64,000 bases of DNA, from NCBI GenBank assembly GCA_039809265.1, contig JBDHUR010000001.1:5914-69913 (forward strand). Direction: 5' to 3'. Shown here in pieces: positions 1 through 9,478 of the stretch (within the stretch, counting starts at the first letter, position 1; each line of letters begins with the position of its first letter). This DNA comes from Minisyncoccia bacterium. GTDB lineage: Bacteria; Patescibacteriota; Minisyncoccia; Phycocordibacterales; UBA9973. The translations under genes and the position numbers were made by a program. Under the pieces are notes generated by a model, which was not told the origin of the DNA, did not search any database, and saw only the letters and a list, made by a program, of their open reading frames with translations.

Positions 1-669
1 ACTTTTACTCAAAAGCGGTGCTACGGGTATGCCAGTTGGATTTACTGATGTCTGAAATGTCTCCACACAACCACCAGCATCAGTTATTGTTACTGAATTT
101 ACTGGAGTAAATGTCTGAATTGAACCACCTGTAGTAACCAAAATACCATTTTTATACCATTCAGCTGTAAAATCTAAATTAGCAAACTGTGGAAAAAGTT
201 CTATTTCTGCATAAGCAGAACCATCCGCTGTTGGTGTTGGTGTATTTATTGCCATTTTAGAGGCAACACCCGATCCAAAAAAGAATTCTACCGGCACCAA
301 AGTCATATGGCTTTGGAGTGTACCACATCCGTAAGCAACATCAATATTATAAGTACCAGTTAAATCATACGAATCATACCTGCTTACCGAACCTACATTT
401 AATACAACATTACCGTTATAATTCGTAAACTTCGTAAAAATTTGTCCGTCAGGTCTTGTTACCGTAAATGCAGTTGTGCAATTCGGATCAAATCCGCTTG
501 TTTGTAGCATAATTTCAATTGGAACACCAGATGCTACATTGGAAACACAAGCTGTATTGGTGCTTTGACCGTTAACCATGGTTCCAGTAACTGTTACTGT
601 TTGGGCATTGTTCGTAAGCGGGAGCGATAGCGCTACAACCGCCAGCATAGTAATAGCTGTTTTTCTCAT
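1..669 (-). CDS. Secreted protein, N-terminal part only (gene runs off the window start); signal peptide MRKTAITMLAVVALSLPLTNNAQ
   Basis: Manual reverse translation from ATG (cat at 667-669); hydrophobic signal peptide, then Thr/Gly/Asn-rich beta-type sequence; open to position 1. Confidence 0.5.
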   Translation of the reverse strand, partial: MRKTAITMLAVVALSLPLTNNAQTVTVTGTMVNGQSTNTACVSNVASGVPIEIMLQTSGFDPNCTTAFTVTRPDGQIFTKFTNYNGNVVLNVGSVSRYDSYDLTGTYNIDVAYGCGTLQSHMTLVPVEFFFGSGVASKMAINTPTPTADGSAYAEIELFPQFANLDFTAEWYKNGILVTTGGSIQTFTPVNSVTITDAGGCVETFQTSVNPTGIPVAPLLSKS

Positions 670-739
670 TTATATATGTATTTTTTAAGATTTCCAACAG
701 TCTAACCTATTTTTAGGAAAAAGTCAAGTGTATTGAGAT

Positions 740-2437
740 TTAAACTATGTTTTCTATGCGCAAACGAAGTTCCTCTCTGCCTGCAAAATTTGAAAGCTCA
801 AAAGAACCAAAAAGATTTATGGACACACCTTTCTCCAAAACTTTGGTATATGAAGCTCGTGTCTTGAAAAAAGCTATAGCTCGCAAGGGTTTTCCGGAAT
901 TATTCTCAAAGCAAAGCTCCAAATGATTGCCTTCCTTACCAAACTCTTTGGCGCTTTGGATCACGATATTTTCAAAAAGAAATACAGGTTTTGGATTGCC
1001 AGTACCAAAAGGTGCTAGTCTAGCAATATCTCTGTAATTTTTCATATTTACATCATCTATGGTCAGCTTCATATCAAAATATCCTTGTTTTTCAAGGTTT
1101 TCATCACTTTCTTTGCGCAAATCCTTATAGCTGGCAATAAGCTTTTCCTCTAAAAAATGAACTCTTTCGTGGCTTACAGCGAAACCGCCAGCCAGTTCAT
1201 GTCCGCCAAATTCCAAAAATGTTTGATTTTCTATATGAGACATAAGAGAAACTAGGTTTACAGTACCATCTGATCGGCAAGAACCCTTTATAGTCTCCGA
1301 GCCTTCCAAACCCCAGACAAATACTGGCTTTTTATATTCTTCCATAACCCGCGCCGCCACAAGACCAAGTACGCCTACCCGCCACTTTGGATTACCTATA
1401 ACTATAAGCTCTTTTTCTTCTCTTTCTTTTAGTGTTGTGTGGGCTTCACGCATTATTGTCGCGACCAAGGTCTTCCTTTCATCGTTTATTTTAGATAAAT
1501 GTCCTGCCAAAGCGCCAGACTCAGCCGCGTCGCGCGTAGCCAAAAGCTCAAAGGCTCGCATAGGGTTGTCCATGCGCGACGCGGCATTTATCCTTGGTGT
1601 CAGCATAAAGCCTATATCGTCTTCCGATATGGTTCGCTGGTCTACTTTCATCATACGCAGAAGCTTTTGCAGCCCAGGCCTAGGACTTTTCCGCAAAACT
1701 AGCATTCCGTAGTAGGACAAAACTCTGTTTTCTTTCACCAGCGGAACCATGTCAGAGAGTGTTGCCAGTCCAGCCATATCCAGCAGCCACTTCTCCCATC
1801 CGTCTTGTACTTTGTAGTACTGCCTGTATTTTTGTAAAAATGCCTGCACCAAACGGAACACTACTCCTGATCCGCAAAGCATAGTGTCGTTATACTCTAC
1901 CGAAAGTTTTGGGTTGACTATAGCGTAGGCATGGGGCAAATCTTCCTTTGGCAAATGGTGATCTGTGACTATCACATCCATCCCCGCGGCCTGTGCTTCT
2001 GTTACTTCCGCCACATTTGAAGTACCTAGATCTATGGTTATGATAAGTTTTACTCCGTCATCCTTGAATTTTTGAATAGAAGCCATATTTAGTCCATAAC
2101 CTTCGGTATGTCTGTCTGGTATGTAAACGAAAAAATTCTTGAAACCGATTTTTTGGAAAAAGTCGTGTAATATGACCGCCCCAGGAATACCGTCGCAGTC
2201 ATAATCGGCAAAAACTACAATCTTCTCGCCGGATTCTATTGCGTCATATAGGCGAAGCACCGCTTTTTCCATGTCGTGCATACAAAAAGGGTCTGACAAA
2301 TCGCGCTCAAAAGACGGGTTTAGGAAATGTTCTGCCTCTTTGAAAGTATATATGCCTCTACTCTCCAGAAGCTTTGCTAAAATTGGCGAATATGTAGAAA
2401 GTTCGTTCATAACGTGCGAATTTACACATTCTATCAT
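740..2437 (-). CDS. recJ: Single-stranded-DNA-specific exonuclease RecJ (DHH/DHHA1 family)
   Basis: 565 aa; DHH motif 'VIVTDHHLP', 'DYDCDGI' motif, RecJ-like domain order. Confidence 0.85.
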   Translation of the reverse strand: MIECVNSHVMNELSTYSPILAKLLESRGIYTFKEAEHFLNPSFERDLSDPFCMHDMEKAVLRLYDAIESGEKIVVFADYDCDGIPGAVILHDFFQKIGFKNFFVYIPDRHTEGYGLNMASIQKFKDDGVKLIITIDLGTSNVAEVTEAQAAGMDVIVTDHHLPKEDLPHAYAIVNPKLSVEYNDTMLCGSGVVFRLVQAFLQKYRQYYKVQDGWEKWLLDMAGLATLSDMVPLVKENRVLSYYGMLVLRKSPRPGLQKLLRMMKVDQRTISEDDIGFMLTPRINAASRMDNPMRAFELLATRDAAESGALAGHLSKINDERKTLVATIMREAHTTLKEREEKELIVIGNPKWRVGVLGLVAARVMEEYKKPVFVWGLEGSETIKGSCRSDGTVNLVSLMSHIENQTFLEFGGHELAGGFAVSHERVHFLEEKLIASYKDLRKESDENLEKQGYFDMKLTIDDVNMKNYRDIARLAPFGTGNPKPVFLFENIVIQSAKEFGKEGNHLELCFENNSGKPLRAIAFFKTRASYTKVLEKGVSINLFGSFELSNFAGREELRLRIENIV

Positions 2438-2450
2438 ACAATGTATTGGT

Positions 2451-2846
2451 ATGAATAAAACAATTTTTGAGAAAATAATAAACCGCGAAATACCGGCAGC
2501 TATAGCTTACGAGGATGAAAACATGATTGCAATAATGGACATACATCCTGTAGCTTTTGGCCATACGTTGCTTATATCCAAAAAGCCATACCAATGGCTG
2601 CAAGATGTAGACGACCAAGTTCTTTCTGCTATGTTTCTGAAAGTAAAGAGGATGATACCTGCCATGAAAGAAGCCTTTGATGCCGACTATGTGCAAGTTT
2701 CTGTTGTCGGCAAAGATGTGCCTCACTTCCACATACATCTTATGCCCCGCAAGCTTAACGACGCACTTCACGGCTGGCCAACCAAAGAATATTCTTCTGT
2801 TGAAGAAATGCAAAACTATGCGGACAAACTAAAATCTCGCCTTTAG
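2451..2846 (+). CDS. HIT (histidine triad) family hydrolase
   Basis: Internal ATG at 2451 of ORF 2271..2846; 'HFHIHLMPR' histidine-triad motif; the longer ORF would overlap recJ. Confidence 0.8.
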   Translation: MNKTIFEKIINREIPAAIAYEDENMIAIMDIHPVAFGHTLLISKKPYQWLQDVDDQVLSAMFLKVKRMIPAMKEAFDADYVQVSVVGKDVPHFHIHLMPRKLNDALHGWPTKEYSSVEEMQNYADKLKSRL

Positions 2847-2860
2847 GCGAGATCTGTATT

Positions 2861-3985
2861 TTATTTCTTCAGGATTTCAAGCGCCGGTAACGATCCGTCT
2901 GCCAAGAAGTCTATGGTAGCTCCGCCCCCCGTGGAAACAAAGCCGACTTTGTCCATGAGTTTCAGCCTTGAGATTACCTCTACTGTATCCCCGCCGCCTA
3001 CTATACGCACCGCTTTGCTTCTCGCCAGCATTTTTAGCAACGCTTTTGTTGCAGCAATATTTTCTCCTTTGCCAAGCGGGCCGTTCCAGACTATCATTTT
3101 TGCTTTTTTTACATAAGTTTCAAGCAAAGCTAAACTCATATGGCCCATGTCTACTATCGTATCGTCTTTCTTTACTTCGTCGAGCCCGATTTCTCTTTTG
3201 CTGTTTTTATTTTCTACCAGCAAGTCTACCGGCAAGAGCAAGTTTGGCTTCTTTGCTATTTTTTCCAAGCCTTTTACATCTTCGTCTATCAAAGACTTTC
3301 CTATCTCGTATCCTTCTATCCTGAAAAAGTTGTGTGCCAGCGCACCACCGACAAAGACTTGGTCTGCGATTACTATAAAGCGTTTCAGCAGCGGCAGCTT
3401 CGTATCAAACTTTGCTCCGCCTAGGATGAAAAGAAAAGGATGCCGTACTTTTTCATATGCCTTGGAAAGTTCGGAAACTTCCGCCTCGCATTGCAAGCCA
3501 AGCAGGGCGGGCAGAAACTTTGGCACACCAACCAAAGACGCGTGTTTTCTGTGCGAAACAGAAAAAGCTTCGTTCACATACACATCTGCCAAGTTTGCCA
3601 GGGCTTTTGCAAAGTTTTTGTCATTTGCCATTTCACCTTTTTCTCTGCGGACATTTTCCAACAAAAGCGCATCACCATTTTTCATCTTTGCTACTTTTTC
3701 TGTAACACTCGCGCCAATAACTTCTTTTGAAAAATCTATTTTGAACTTCTTGTTTAAATATTTGCGCACAACAGCCAAGCTCTCTTTCCCATCTGTACCC
3801 ATATGCGACACAACTACTATTTTTGCACCTTTTTTCCGCAAATACTCAAGGGTGGGCAGTGTTGCATCTATCCGAAATGTGTCTTTTATTTTTCCATTTG
3901 CATCAACAGGCACGTTGAAATCCGCGCGCACCAAGACACGTTTGCCCTTCCAGCCTTTCATGCTCTTCAATGTCTTATACTTCAT
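2861..3985 (-). CDS. pgk: Phosphoglycerate kinase
   Basis: 374 aa; N-term 'RADFNVPVD' and C-terminal 'GGGD' PGK signatures. Confidence 0.9.
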   Translation of the reverse strand: MKYKTLKSMKGWKGKRVLVRADFNVPVDANGKIKDTFRIDATLPTLEYLRKKGAKIVVVSHMGTDGKESLAVVRKYLNKKFKIDFSKEVIGASVTEKVAKMKNGDALLLENVRREKGEMANDKNFAKALANLADVYVNEAFSVSHRKHASLVGVPKFLPALLGLQCEAEVSELSKAYEKVRHPFLFILGGAKFDTKLPLLKRFIVIADQVFVGGALAHNFFRIEGYEIGKSLIDEDVKGLEKIAKKPNLLLPVDLLVENKNSKREIGLDEVKKDDTIVDMGHMSLALLETYVKKAKMIVWNGPLGKGENIAATKALLKMLARSKAVRIVGGGDTVEVISRLKLMDKVGFVSTGGGATIDFLADGSLPALEILKK

Positions 3986-3987
3986 AT

Positions 3988-4743
3988 CTATTTTATTTTG
4001 TTTGCGATTTGCAAAATCTTTGCAAACTCCTTCGCATTTAAACTTGCTTTGCCGACCAGAAGCCCAGACACATTGCCTTTCTCTAAAATATCTTCTACAT
4101 TTTTCGCATTTACTGAACCACCATATACCACCCTGACTTTTGCAGACTCTTTGCGGTCGTACATATCTGCCAAAACTTTGCGTATATACAAAACAGCTTC
4201 GTGTATTTCCTCAGGCATTACATTCTTCCTGTTCTCACTTGTACTTATAGCCCAGACTGGCTCGTAAGCAATAACTATCTCCTTCAGCCAAGATTTCTGA
4301 ACTCCAGCAAAAGTTTCTCTAATTTGAGCACCAAGAGCATGCCAAAATGTACCTTTTTCATCTCTGGCATCTTCACCCACACATACTACCGGCACTATAT
4401 GCGACTTCCATGCTTGCTTTATCTTTGTGGAGACATCGGCATTTGTCTCGCCTTTTGCCCGCCTCTCAGAGTGTCCAACAATGACATACCGCACACCTAC
4501 ATCGCGAAGCATAAGACCCGTGACTTCCCCTGTATGCGCACCCTCACTTTGCAAAGAAATATCTTGCGCTGAAAGCATGGATTTATATTTTTTCAAACCA
4601 GAAATAAAGATAGACGGAGCAGCAAGCAGCGCTTCCACTGTCCGCATCTTGCTGGAAACATTTCTTGTGCTTTTGAAAAGCGCTTCCACTTGTGCAAATT
4701 TTGCCGGATTTGCTTTCAGATTCCCAATTACAATTTTTTTCAT
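3988..4743 (-). CDS. tpiA: Triosephosphate isomerase
   Basis: Start at MKKIVIGNLKAN; 'VIVGHSERR' and 'AYEPVWAI' TIM motifs; immediately downstream of pgk. Confidence 0.85.
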   Translation of the reverse strand: MKKIVIGNLKANPAKFAQVEALFKSTRNVSSKMRTVEALLAAPSIFISGLKKYKSMLSAQDISLQSEGAHTGEVTGLMLRDVGVRYVIVGHSERRAKGETNADVSTKIKQAWKSHIVPVVCVGEDARDEKGTFWHALGAQIRETFAGVQKSWLKEIVIAYEPVWAISTSENRKNVMPEEIHEAVLYIRKVLADMYDRKESAKVRVVYGGSVNAKNVEDILEKGNVSGLLVGKASLNAKEFAKILQIANKIK

Positions 4744-4759
4744 GCAAATATTATAGCAT

Positions 4760-4796
4760 GCACTAAAAAACACCCGAAAGGGTGTTTTTTAGTGCT
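4760..4796. terminator. Bidirectional rho-independent terminator hairpin between tpiA(-) and membrane protein gene(-)/upstream
   Basis: gcactaaaaaacaccc-gaaa-gggtgttttttagtgc perfect inverted repeat with flanking A/T runs. Confidence 0.6.
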
Positions 4797-4810
4797 AAGT
4801 GCGTTTGAGA

Positions 4811-5503
4811 TTACTCTCGTGTCGCAGACATATCTCCGCGAACTTTCTCTATACCGCGAGCTGCTGCTTCCTTGCCGCCAAGACCAAATGCAAGACCGCC
4901 AGCGATGGCAAGCATTGCAATGATACCAGTGAAAAGAATTTGCATAAACTGTGGAGCTACGCCAAGCTGTGAAAGCGCGATGATAAGCGCAAATATCCAG
5001 ATAGCGTAGTAAGAGATGGAACCAAGCATGCGAGCAGAGTGCACGTTTGCAGCCTTTGCTGAGCCTGTTACCAACTTGCGAACAAAGTCCGCAACCACAG
5101 TAGCCACGATAAGTATAAGCGCAGCCACTATCACCTGAGGCAAGTAGTTAAGCACAACTTCGCGCAGGAACTGTGTTACTTGCGTAAGCTTCAAAAGATC
5201 AAGAGCGGTGATAAGGAAAAGCACAATTATAAACCACTTTACGATCGCACCAATGATCGCTCCAGTAGAGAACTTCCATCCCGCCTTGTTAAACACACGT
5301 TCAAGACCTGCACTTTGGAAAAAGCGGTCAATCTTGATAGCGTTCATCACTTGGCGTATAGCCTTGTCAACAACGGAAGCTATGACCCATCCGATGATGA
5401 AGATGATGATCGCAATGATAAGATTTGGCACGAAGCTTATAAAGCCTACCCACAGTGCCTGAAGAGACGTAGTGAAAACTTCGCCCCATGTTTGTATCAA
5501 CAT
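4811..5503 (-). CDS. Integral membrane protein (multi-TM, conserved-TM-helix type; function unknown)
   Basis: 230 aa, 4-5 hydrophobic helices, no catalytic motif recognised. Confidence 0.5.
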   Translation of the reverse strand: MLIQTWGEVFTTSLQALWVGFISFVPNLIIAIIIFIIGWVIASVVDKAIRQVMNAIKIDRFFQSAGLERVFNKAGWKFSTGAIIGAIVKWFIIVLFLITALDLLKLTQVTQFLREVVLNYLPQVIVAALILIVATVVADFVRKLVTGSAKAANVHSARMLGSISYYAIWIFALIIALSQLGVAPQFMQILFTGIIAMLAIAGGLAFGLGGKEAAARGIEKVRGDMSATRE

Positions 5504-5583
5504 AATACTTATTGAAAACCTTACTAATAAAGACTTTAAAAGTTCGACCTTATAAAGTGCTACAAAAGTAATTATACCAAGTT

Positions 5584-6222
5584 CTAGAATTTCTTTAAGA
5601 GGTATGTGGATAACTGGCCATTGTCTATAACCTTGTCGTATGGAAAGTCAAGTATGTCGCGTACCAGCTTGTCATACATGTTGAGCCTATATATAAAGTC
5701 CTCTGTGGTAAAAACGGCGTATGCAAGCTCTTTACCGATCTCTGCTTCCAGGCTTTTTATCGTCTGCTCTAGGTAACCGCGTTTCAAATTGTCGCCAACC
5801 AGTAAAAAGTCTACTCTGCTTTCTTCATCCTTGCGGAAAACTCCGGATGTGAGCAAGAGCTTCACTTTGCCTGCCGGCTTAAACCTGTCTACCAAGTCTT
5901 CCCTTTTCATAAAGTCTGCATCTATGAGGAAGTTTTTCATTTGCGAAAGGTATTCAAAATTTGGATTTAGCATCCAGCCAGAAACTTTCTTTGCGCGAAC
6001 TTTTTTGGAACGAGAATTTGAGATTTCTTTCATGAAAGACTTGCGTTTGATAAAACCAAAGGATGCAAGGCCTGCTACTTCTTTGCGCGCAGCTGCGCCA
6101 GAGACGCGGCTGCGCGCCGTCACATCCTTGACTTCAAAACCACGGTCCGGATTTAGTAAGAAAAGACGCATGATCCTGACTTTTGCCACTCCGCCAAAAA
6201 GTTTTCCAAGTATCTCTACCAT
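5584..6222 (-). CDS. Hypothetical basic cytoplasmic protein
   Basis: 212 aa intact ORF, Lys/Arg-rich, no recognised motif. Confidence 0.45.
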   Translation of the reverse strand: MVEILGKLFGGVAKVRIMRLFLLNPDRGFEVKDVTARSRVSGAAARKEVAGLASFGFIKRKSFMKEISNSRSKKVRAKKVSGWMLNPNFEYLSQMKNFLIDADFMKREDLVDRFKPAGKVKLLLTSGVFRKDEESRVDFLLVGDNLKRGYLEQTIKSLEAEIGKELAYAVFTTEDFIYRLNMYDKLVRDILDFPYDKVIDNGQLSTYLLKKF

Positions 6223-6254
6223 GGGGGTATTTTAGCATTTTTAGGGAAATAACA

Positions 6255-6292
6255 AAGCCCGCCCGGCTGACGTACGCCAGCCGGGCGGGCTT
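6255..6292 (-). terminator. Hairpin terminator downstream of rplL
   Basis: aagcccgcccggctg-acgtacg-ccagccgggcgggctt GC-rich inverted repeat. Confidence 0.5.
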
Positions 6293-6316
6293 CTTTTCTG
6301 CCTTAGGAAAACAAGC

Positions 6317-6685
6317 TTATTTTAGCTCTACTTTTCCGCCAGCTTCTTCTATTTTCTTCTTTATATCTTCTGCTTCTGCTTTCTTCATACCGTCTTTCAA
6401 AGTAGCCGGAGCGCCATCCACAAGGTCCTTTGCCTCTTTCAAGCCAAGACCTAGAGCCTCTTTAACCACCTTCATAACGCCTATCTTGCTTTCACCTGCG
6501 GACGCAAGCACAACTGTAAAGCTGTCCTTTTCTTCTGCGCCACCCGCCGCAGCACCAGCTGCAGGAGCAGCAGCCACAGCTGCCGCAGAAACACCAAACT
6601 TTTCTTCTATCGCCTTTACTAGGTCATTAAGCTCAAGCACTGAAGCACCTTCAAGCTCTGTCAAAAATGAATCAAATTTTGCCAT
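6317..6685 (-). CDS. rplL: 50S ribosomal protein L7/L12
   Basis: 122 aa; Ala-rich hinge then '[22 protein letters not shown]' C-terminal domain. Confidence 0.9.
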   Translation of the reverse strand: MAKFDSFLTELEGASVLELNDLVKAIEEKFGVSAAAVAAAPAAGAAAGGAEEKDSFTVVLASAGESKIGVMKVVKEALGLGLKEAKDLVDGAPATLKDGMKKAEAEDIKKKIEEAGGKVELK

Positions 6686-6738
6686 AAATAATTTAATTAA
6701 GAATTAATAATCAACAATTTAGAATTGGGAACACAAAG

Positions 6739-7224
6739 CTACTTTGTTTTTGCTACTTCGCCGACTGCAATAGCCAAGCGCTGCATCGGAGATTTGAGTA
6801 AGTATGCAATCTGCGAAAGCAAGACTTCTCTTGGAGGGATGTTTGCTATCTCTAGCATTTTTGTTGCATCCATGTATTTTCCTTCGAAAACTCCGCCGAC
6901 TATGCGCAAACTGTCTTTGTGGTCTTTAGCAAAAGACTGTACCCCGCGTGCAGGAGCCAAAAGGTCCGCCGCGTATGCTATAGCTATCTCGCCATCAAGC
7001 ACAGGCATCTCTCCTTCTATCTTCTTTGCATCCAGAGCTCTTTTTAGCAATGTCTTCTTTGTAACCTTGTAAAGCACATTGTCTTTTTGGAGTTCGCGCC
7101 TCAAAGTGTTGGAGTCCTTCACTGTCAGTCTGTTAAAAGCAACAAAGACTATAGACTCTGCACCCTTCACTGCTTCGCCGAATTCTTTTACCAATTCAAC
7201 TTTCTTTTCTTTTTTAAGTGCCAT
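6739..7224 (-). CDS. rplJ: 50S ribosomal protein L10
   Basis: Start at MALKKEKKVELV (internal to ORF 6739..7383); L10 family, immediately upstream of rplL. Confidence 0.85.
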   Translation of the reverse strand: MALKKEKKVELVKEFGEAVKGAESIVFVAFNRLTVKDSNTLRRELQKDNVLYKVTKKTLLKRALDAKKIEGEMPVLDGEIAIAYAADLLAPARGVQSFAKDHKDSLRIVGGVFEGKYMDATKMLEIANIPPREVLLSQIAYLLKSPMQRLAIAVGEVAKTK

Positions 7225-7383
7225 AACTATGTATGTATGTGTAAAAATAAAATCGACCCAAAGGCCGACAAAAAGATGAAACCGCAAAATACGGTTTTCG
7301 CCTCGTGAGGATTTGTGCGTATCCGCTACCCCATTTCTACAGCCTTGCGGGAATATATTAGCAGAATGAAAGAGCCTTGTCAA
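7225..7383 (-). promoter_or_regulatory. Possible rplJL leader / L10 autoregulatory region
   Basis: Untranslated region in-frame with rplJ ORF extension; established L10(L12)4 leader regulation in other bacteria; not verified structurally. Confidence 0.3.
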
Positions 7384-7596
7384 ACACTATTGCACAGCGT
7401 CCAGCTGGCTTTGCTGAGTTTTACCTGTCGGAGATTTTTCCACTTCACCGCTGACGAAAAGAAGCGCAATGCCAAGCATAATCATGACTATAAACATAGT
7501 GATAACTTTGAAAAAATGCTGGTTGAACATACAAACATCTTACCATAAAACAAAACCGCTTGGCACATGCAAGCGGTTTTGTTAGATTATGCTTTA

Positions 7597-9072
7597 TTAC
7601 TGTATCACATCCCAAGTTATTTCTACACGTCCAGGTTGTCCATCTTCTCCTGAGTAATAAGGTAATTGTCCTATGCAAGGGGCTGGGGTTGTTCCGCCGC
7701 CACCTCCAGTGTTACCGCCACCTCCAGTGTTACCGCCACCTCCAGTAGTCCCTCCACTACTACCACCATCTCCACCATCTCCATCTTCTCCAGGATTATT
7801 ACCCGTAGCCACAATTACAGAAGTAAGTTGCGAGCTCTTTCCATTATTTTTAATAGCTTGTGTATTAGTGTAACCCCCGCCCCCACCACCAATACCGCCT
7901 TTTCCATATATATTTCCACTACCTCCAAGACCTGCCGAACCTCTAGGACCAAAGATAACACAAGAATTAAGTATACTTCCATAAACATTAATCATAGAAC
8001 CAGAACTTCCAGAAAGTCCAGCACTTTGACCTGCAATACCGGCTCCTGCAATACCAGCATTACTACCACTTGTACATGGACTAGAATTTGATATTATCCC
8101 ACCATAAGTGTATGTGTAACATAAATATTTTACCTTGCTATTGGGTTGAGTTGCTATAAAATGTAAATCCCCACCCCTACCACCACCACCACCAGAAACA
8201 CTTTTATTTCCAACACTCGTGCTACCTCCGTCAGCTCCATTTTGACCTAAATAGAAATTAGCATTTCCTCCACCCGCACCAGCCAGAAAGTCTTGTATAA
8301 TTTTTCCACCTGCTCCTGGGCTACCAACAACGATAGAAATTGGACCTGAATTGTTTGGTATAGAAAATTGCTCATATGCGCCACCACCACCGCCGCCGCC
8401 TGAAGGGAAGGAAGTACCATCAGCATACCAAGCACTCCAAGTTTTTATATTACCATTATCAACGTTGGGATATGATGGAGCTGCATAATTTCCACCTCCA
8501 CCTCCAGCACCCCACATCTTAACTACAATATTTTTCGCATTTACAGGTGGAGTAAAATTATTTGGTGAAGAATTTCCAAGCGAACCGGAAGTAACCTGTA
8601 CACCATTTGCTATAGTATATATTTGTGTCTGTGGAGTTGCAGTAGGATCAGGTGGTGTTTGCTGACACAATACAAGTTTACCACTACTATCAGCACAGAC
8701 TTGATTACTTTCACTGTTAGTCAAAGTACTGACGTATGTGTTGCCATTTATTCGTAAATCAGAAGTGATATTTGGCAAACCTGTACCGGTTCCACCAGCA
8801 GCCAAACCTACAAATGTATTACCTAAAAGATAAGAATTTCTCCAAGACATAAATACACCAGAAGATCCCGCCACTGCTAGGCCTCCATACTTTGTTTGGT
8901 TTATAGGGCTGACATTTAGCGGAGCTTGTGGATTACAAGAAGAAGGGTTTGTACAACCAGATGGCGGTGGTGCCCACGAACCAGTAGATTGCGCAGAAAC
9001 AAATAGTGTTCCCGCTCCAACAAGTATTGCTACTGTTAAAACTTTTACTGCTTGGATAAATTCTTTTTTCAT
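7597..9072 (-). CDS. Secreted glycine-rich repeat protein (signal peptide; poly-Gly blocks; C-terminal GGGGNT repeats)
   Basis: 491 aa; N-terminal 'MKKEFIQAVKVLTVAILVGAGTLFVSAQS'; many GGGGG tracts; low complexity. Confidence 0.6.
   Translation of the reverse strand: MKKEFIQAVKVLTVAILVGAGTLFVSAQSTGSWAPPPSGCTNPSSCNPQAPLNVSPINQTKYGGLAVAGSSGVFMSWRNSYLLGNTFVGLAAGGTGTGLPNITSDLRINGNTYVSTLTNSESNQVCADSSGKLVLCQQTPPDPTATPQTQIYTIANGVQVTSGSLGNSSPNNFTPPVNAKNIVVKMWGAGGGGGNYAAPSYPNVDNGNIKTWSAWYADGTSFPSGGGGGGGAYEQFSIPNNSGPISIVVGSPGAGGKIIQDFLAGAGGGNANFYLGQNGADGGSTSVGNKSVSGGGGGRGGDLHFIATQPNSKVKYLCYTYTYGGIISNSSPCTSGSNAGIAGAGIAGQSAGLSGSSGSMINVYGSILNSCVIFGPRGSAGLGGSGNIYGKGGIGGGGGGYTNTQAIKNNGKSSQLTSVIVATGNNPGEDGDGGDGGSSGGTTGGGGNTGGGGNTGGGGGTTPAPCIGQLPYYSGEDGQPGRVEITWDVIQ
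7694..7750. repeat. 18-bp tandem repeat (~2.7 copies) ccgccacctccagtgtta inside the Gly-rich gene
   Basis: Direct reading: two perfect and one diverged unit, encoding GGGGNT x3 on the minus strand. Confidence 0.8.
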
Positions 9073-9114
9073 AATAATGATAATATTACTTGATAAATTT
9101 TTAATAATAATTTA

Positions 9115-9462
9115 CTAACAAGAGAAAAGCTTACCGTTACCATCTGCACAGACTCCTCTTTCGCCTGTGCCAGAAAGACTATTCACATACATATTGCCGT
9201 TTACTCGAAGCTCCGCAGATGGACCGCCCAATGAAGAAGATCCGATATATGTAGAACCCCCAAAAAGATACGATTGTCCGAATGTTACAAACTGACTTGT
9301 ATTTTTTGCCACCTCTAAACCTCCTGCCTTTATTTGTGAGTTTGATCCTGTATTTATAAGTGCAGACTGTGCAGTAGAAAACTGTGCTTGCAGGTATTTT
9401 GCGCCAAAACCGATAAATAATCCGAGTGCAATAAGTATGGTTGTAGATAATGCTTTTTTCAT
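9115..9462 (-). CDS. Small secreted protein, paralog of the N-terminal domain of the Gly-rich protein
   Basis: 115 aa, signal peptide; shared motifs 'LRVNGNMYV...VCADGNGKL' vs 'LRINGNTYV...VCADSSGKL'. Confidence 0.5.
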   Translation of the reverse strand: MKKALSTTILIALGLFIGFGAKYLQAQFSTAQSALINTGSNSQIKAGGLEVAKNTSQFVTFGQSYLFGGSTYIGSSSLGGPSAELRVNGNMYVNSLSGTGERGVCADGNGKLFSC

Positions 9463-9478
9463 AATAATAATTTTACGA

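Noticed and set aside
2913-4267. Several 60-330-aa plus-strand ORFs overlapping pgk/tpiA
   Set aside because: Low-complexity translations (F/L/S-rich) lying antisense to well-supported glycolytic genes. They are typical spurious ORFs.
7666-8091. Plus-strand ORFs encoding Pro-rich (PPPPVLPPPP) and Thr/Ser-rich peptides
   Set aside because: These are antisense shadows of the minus-strand Gly-rich gene, since GGN codons read as NCC Pro on the other strand. The minus-strand ORF is far longer and has a signal peptide.
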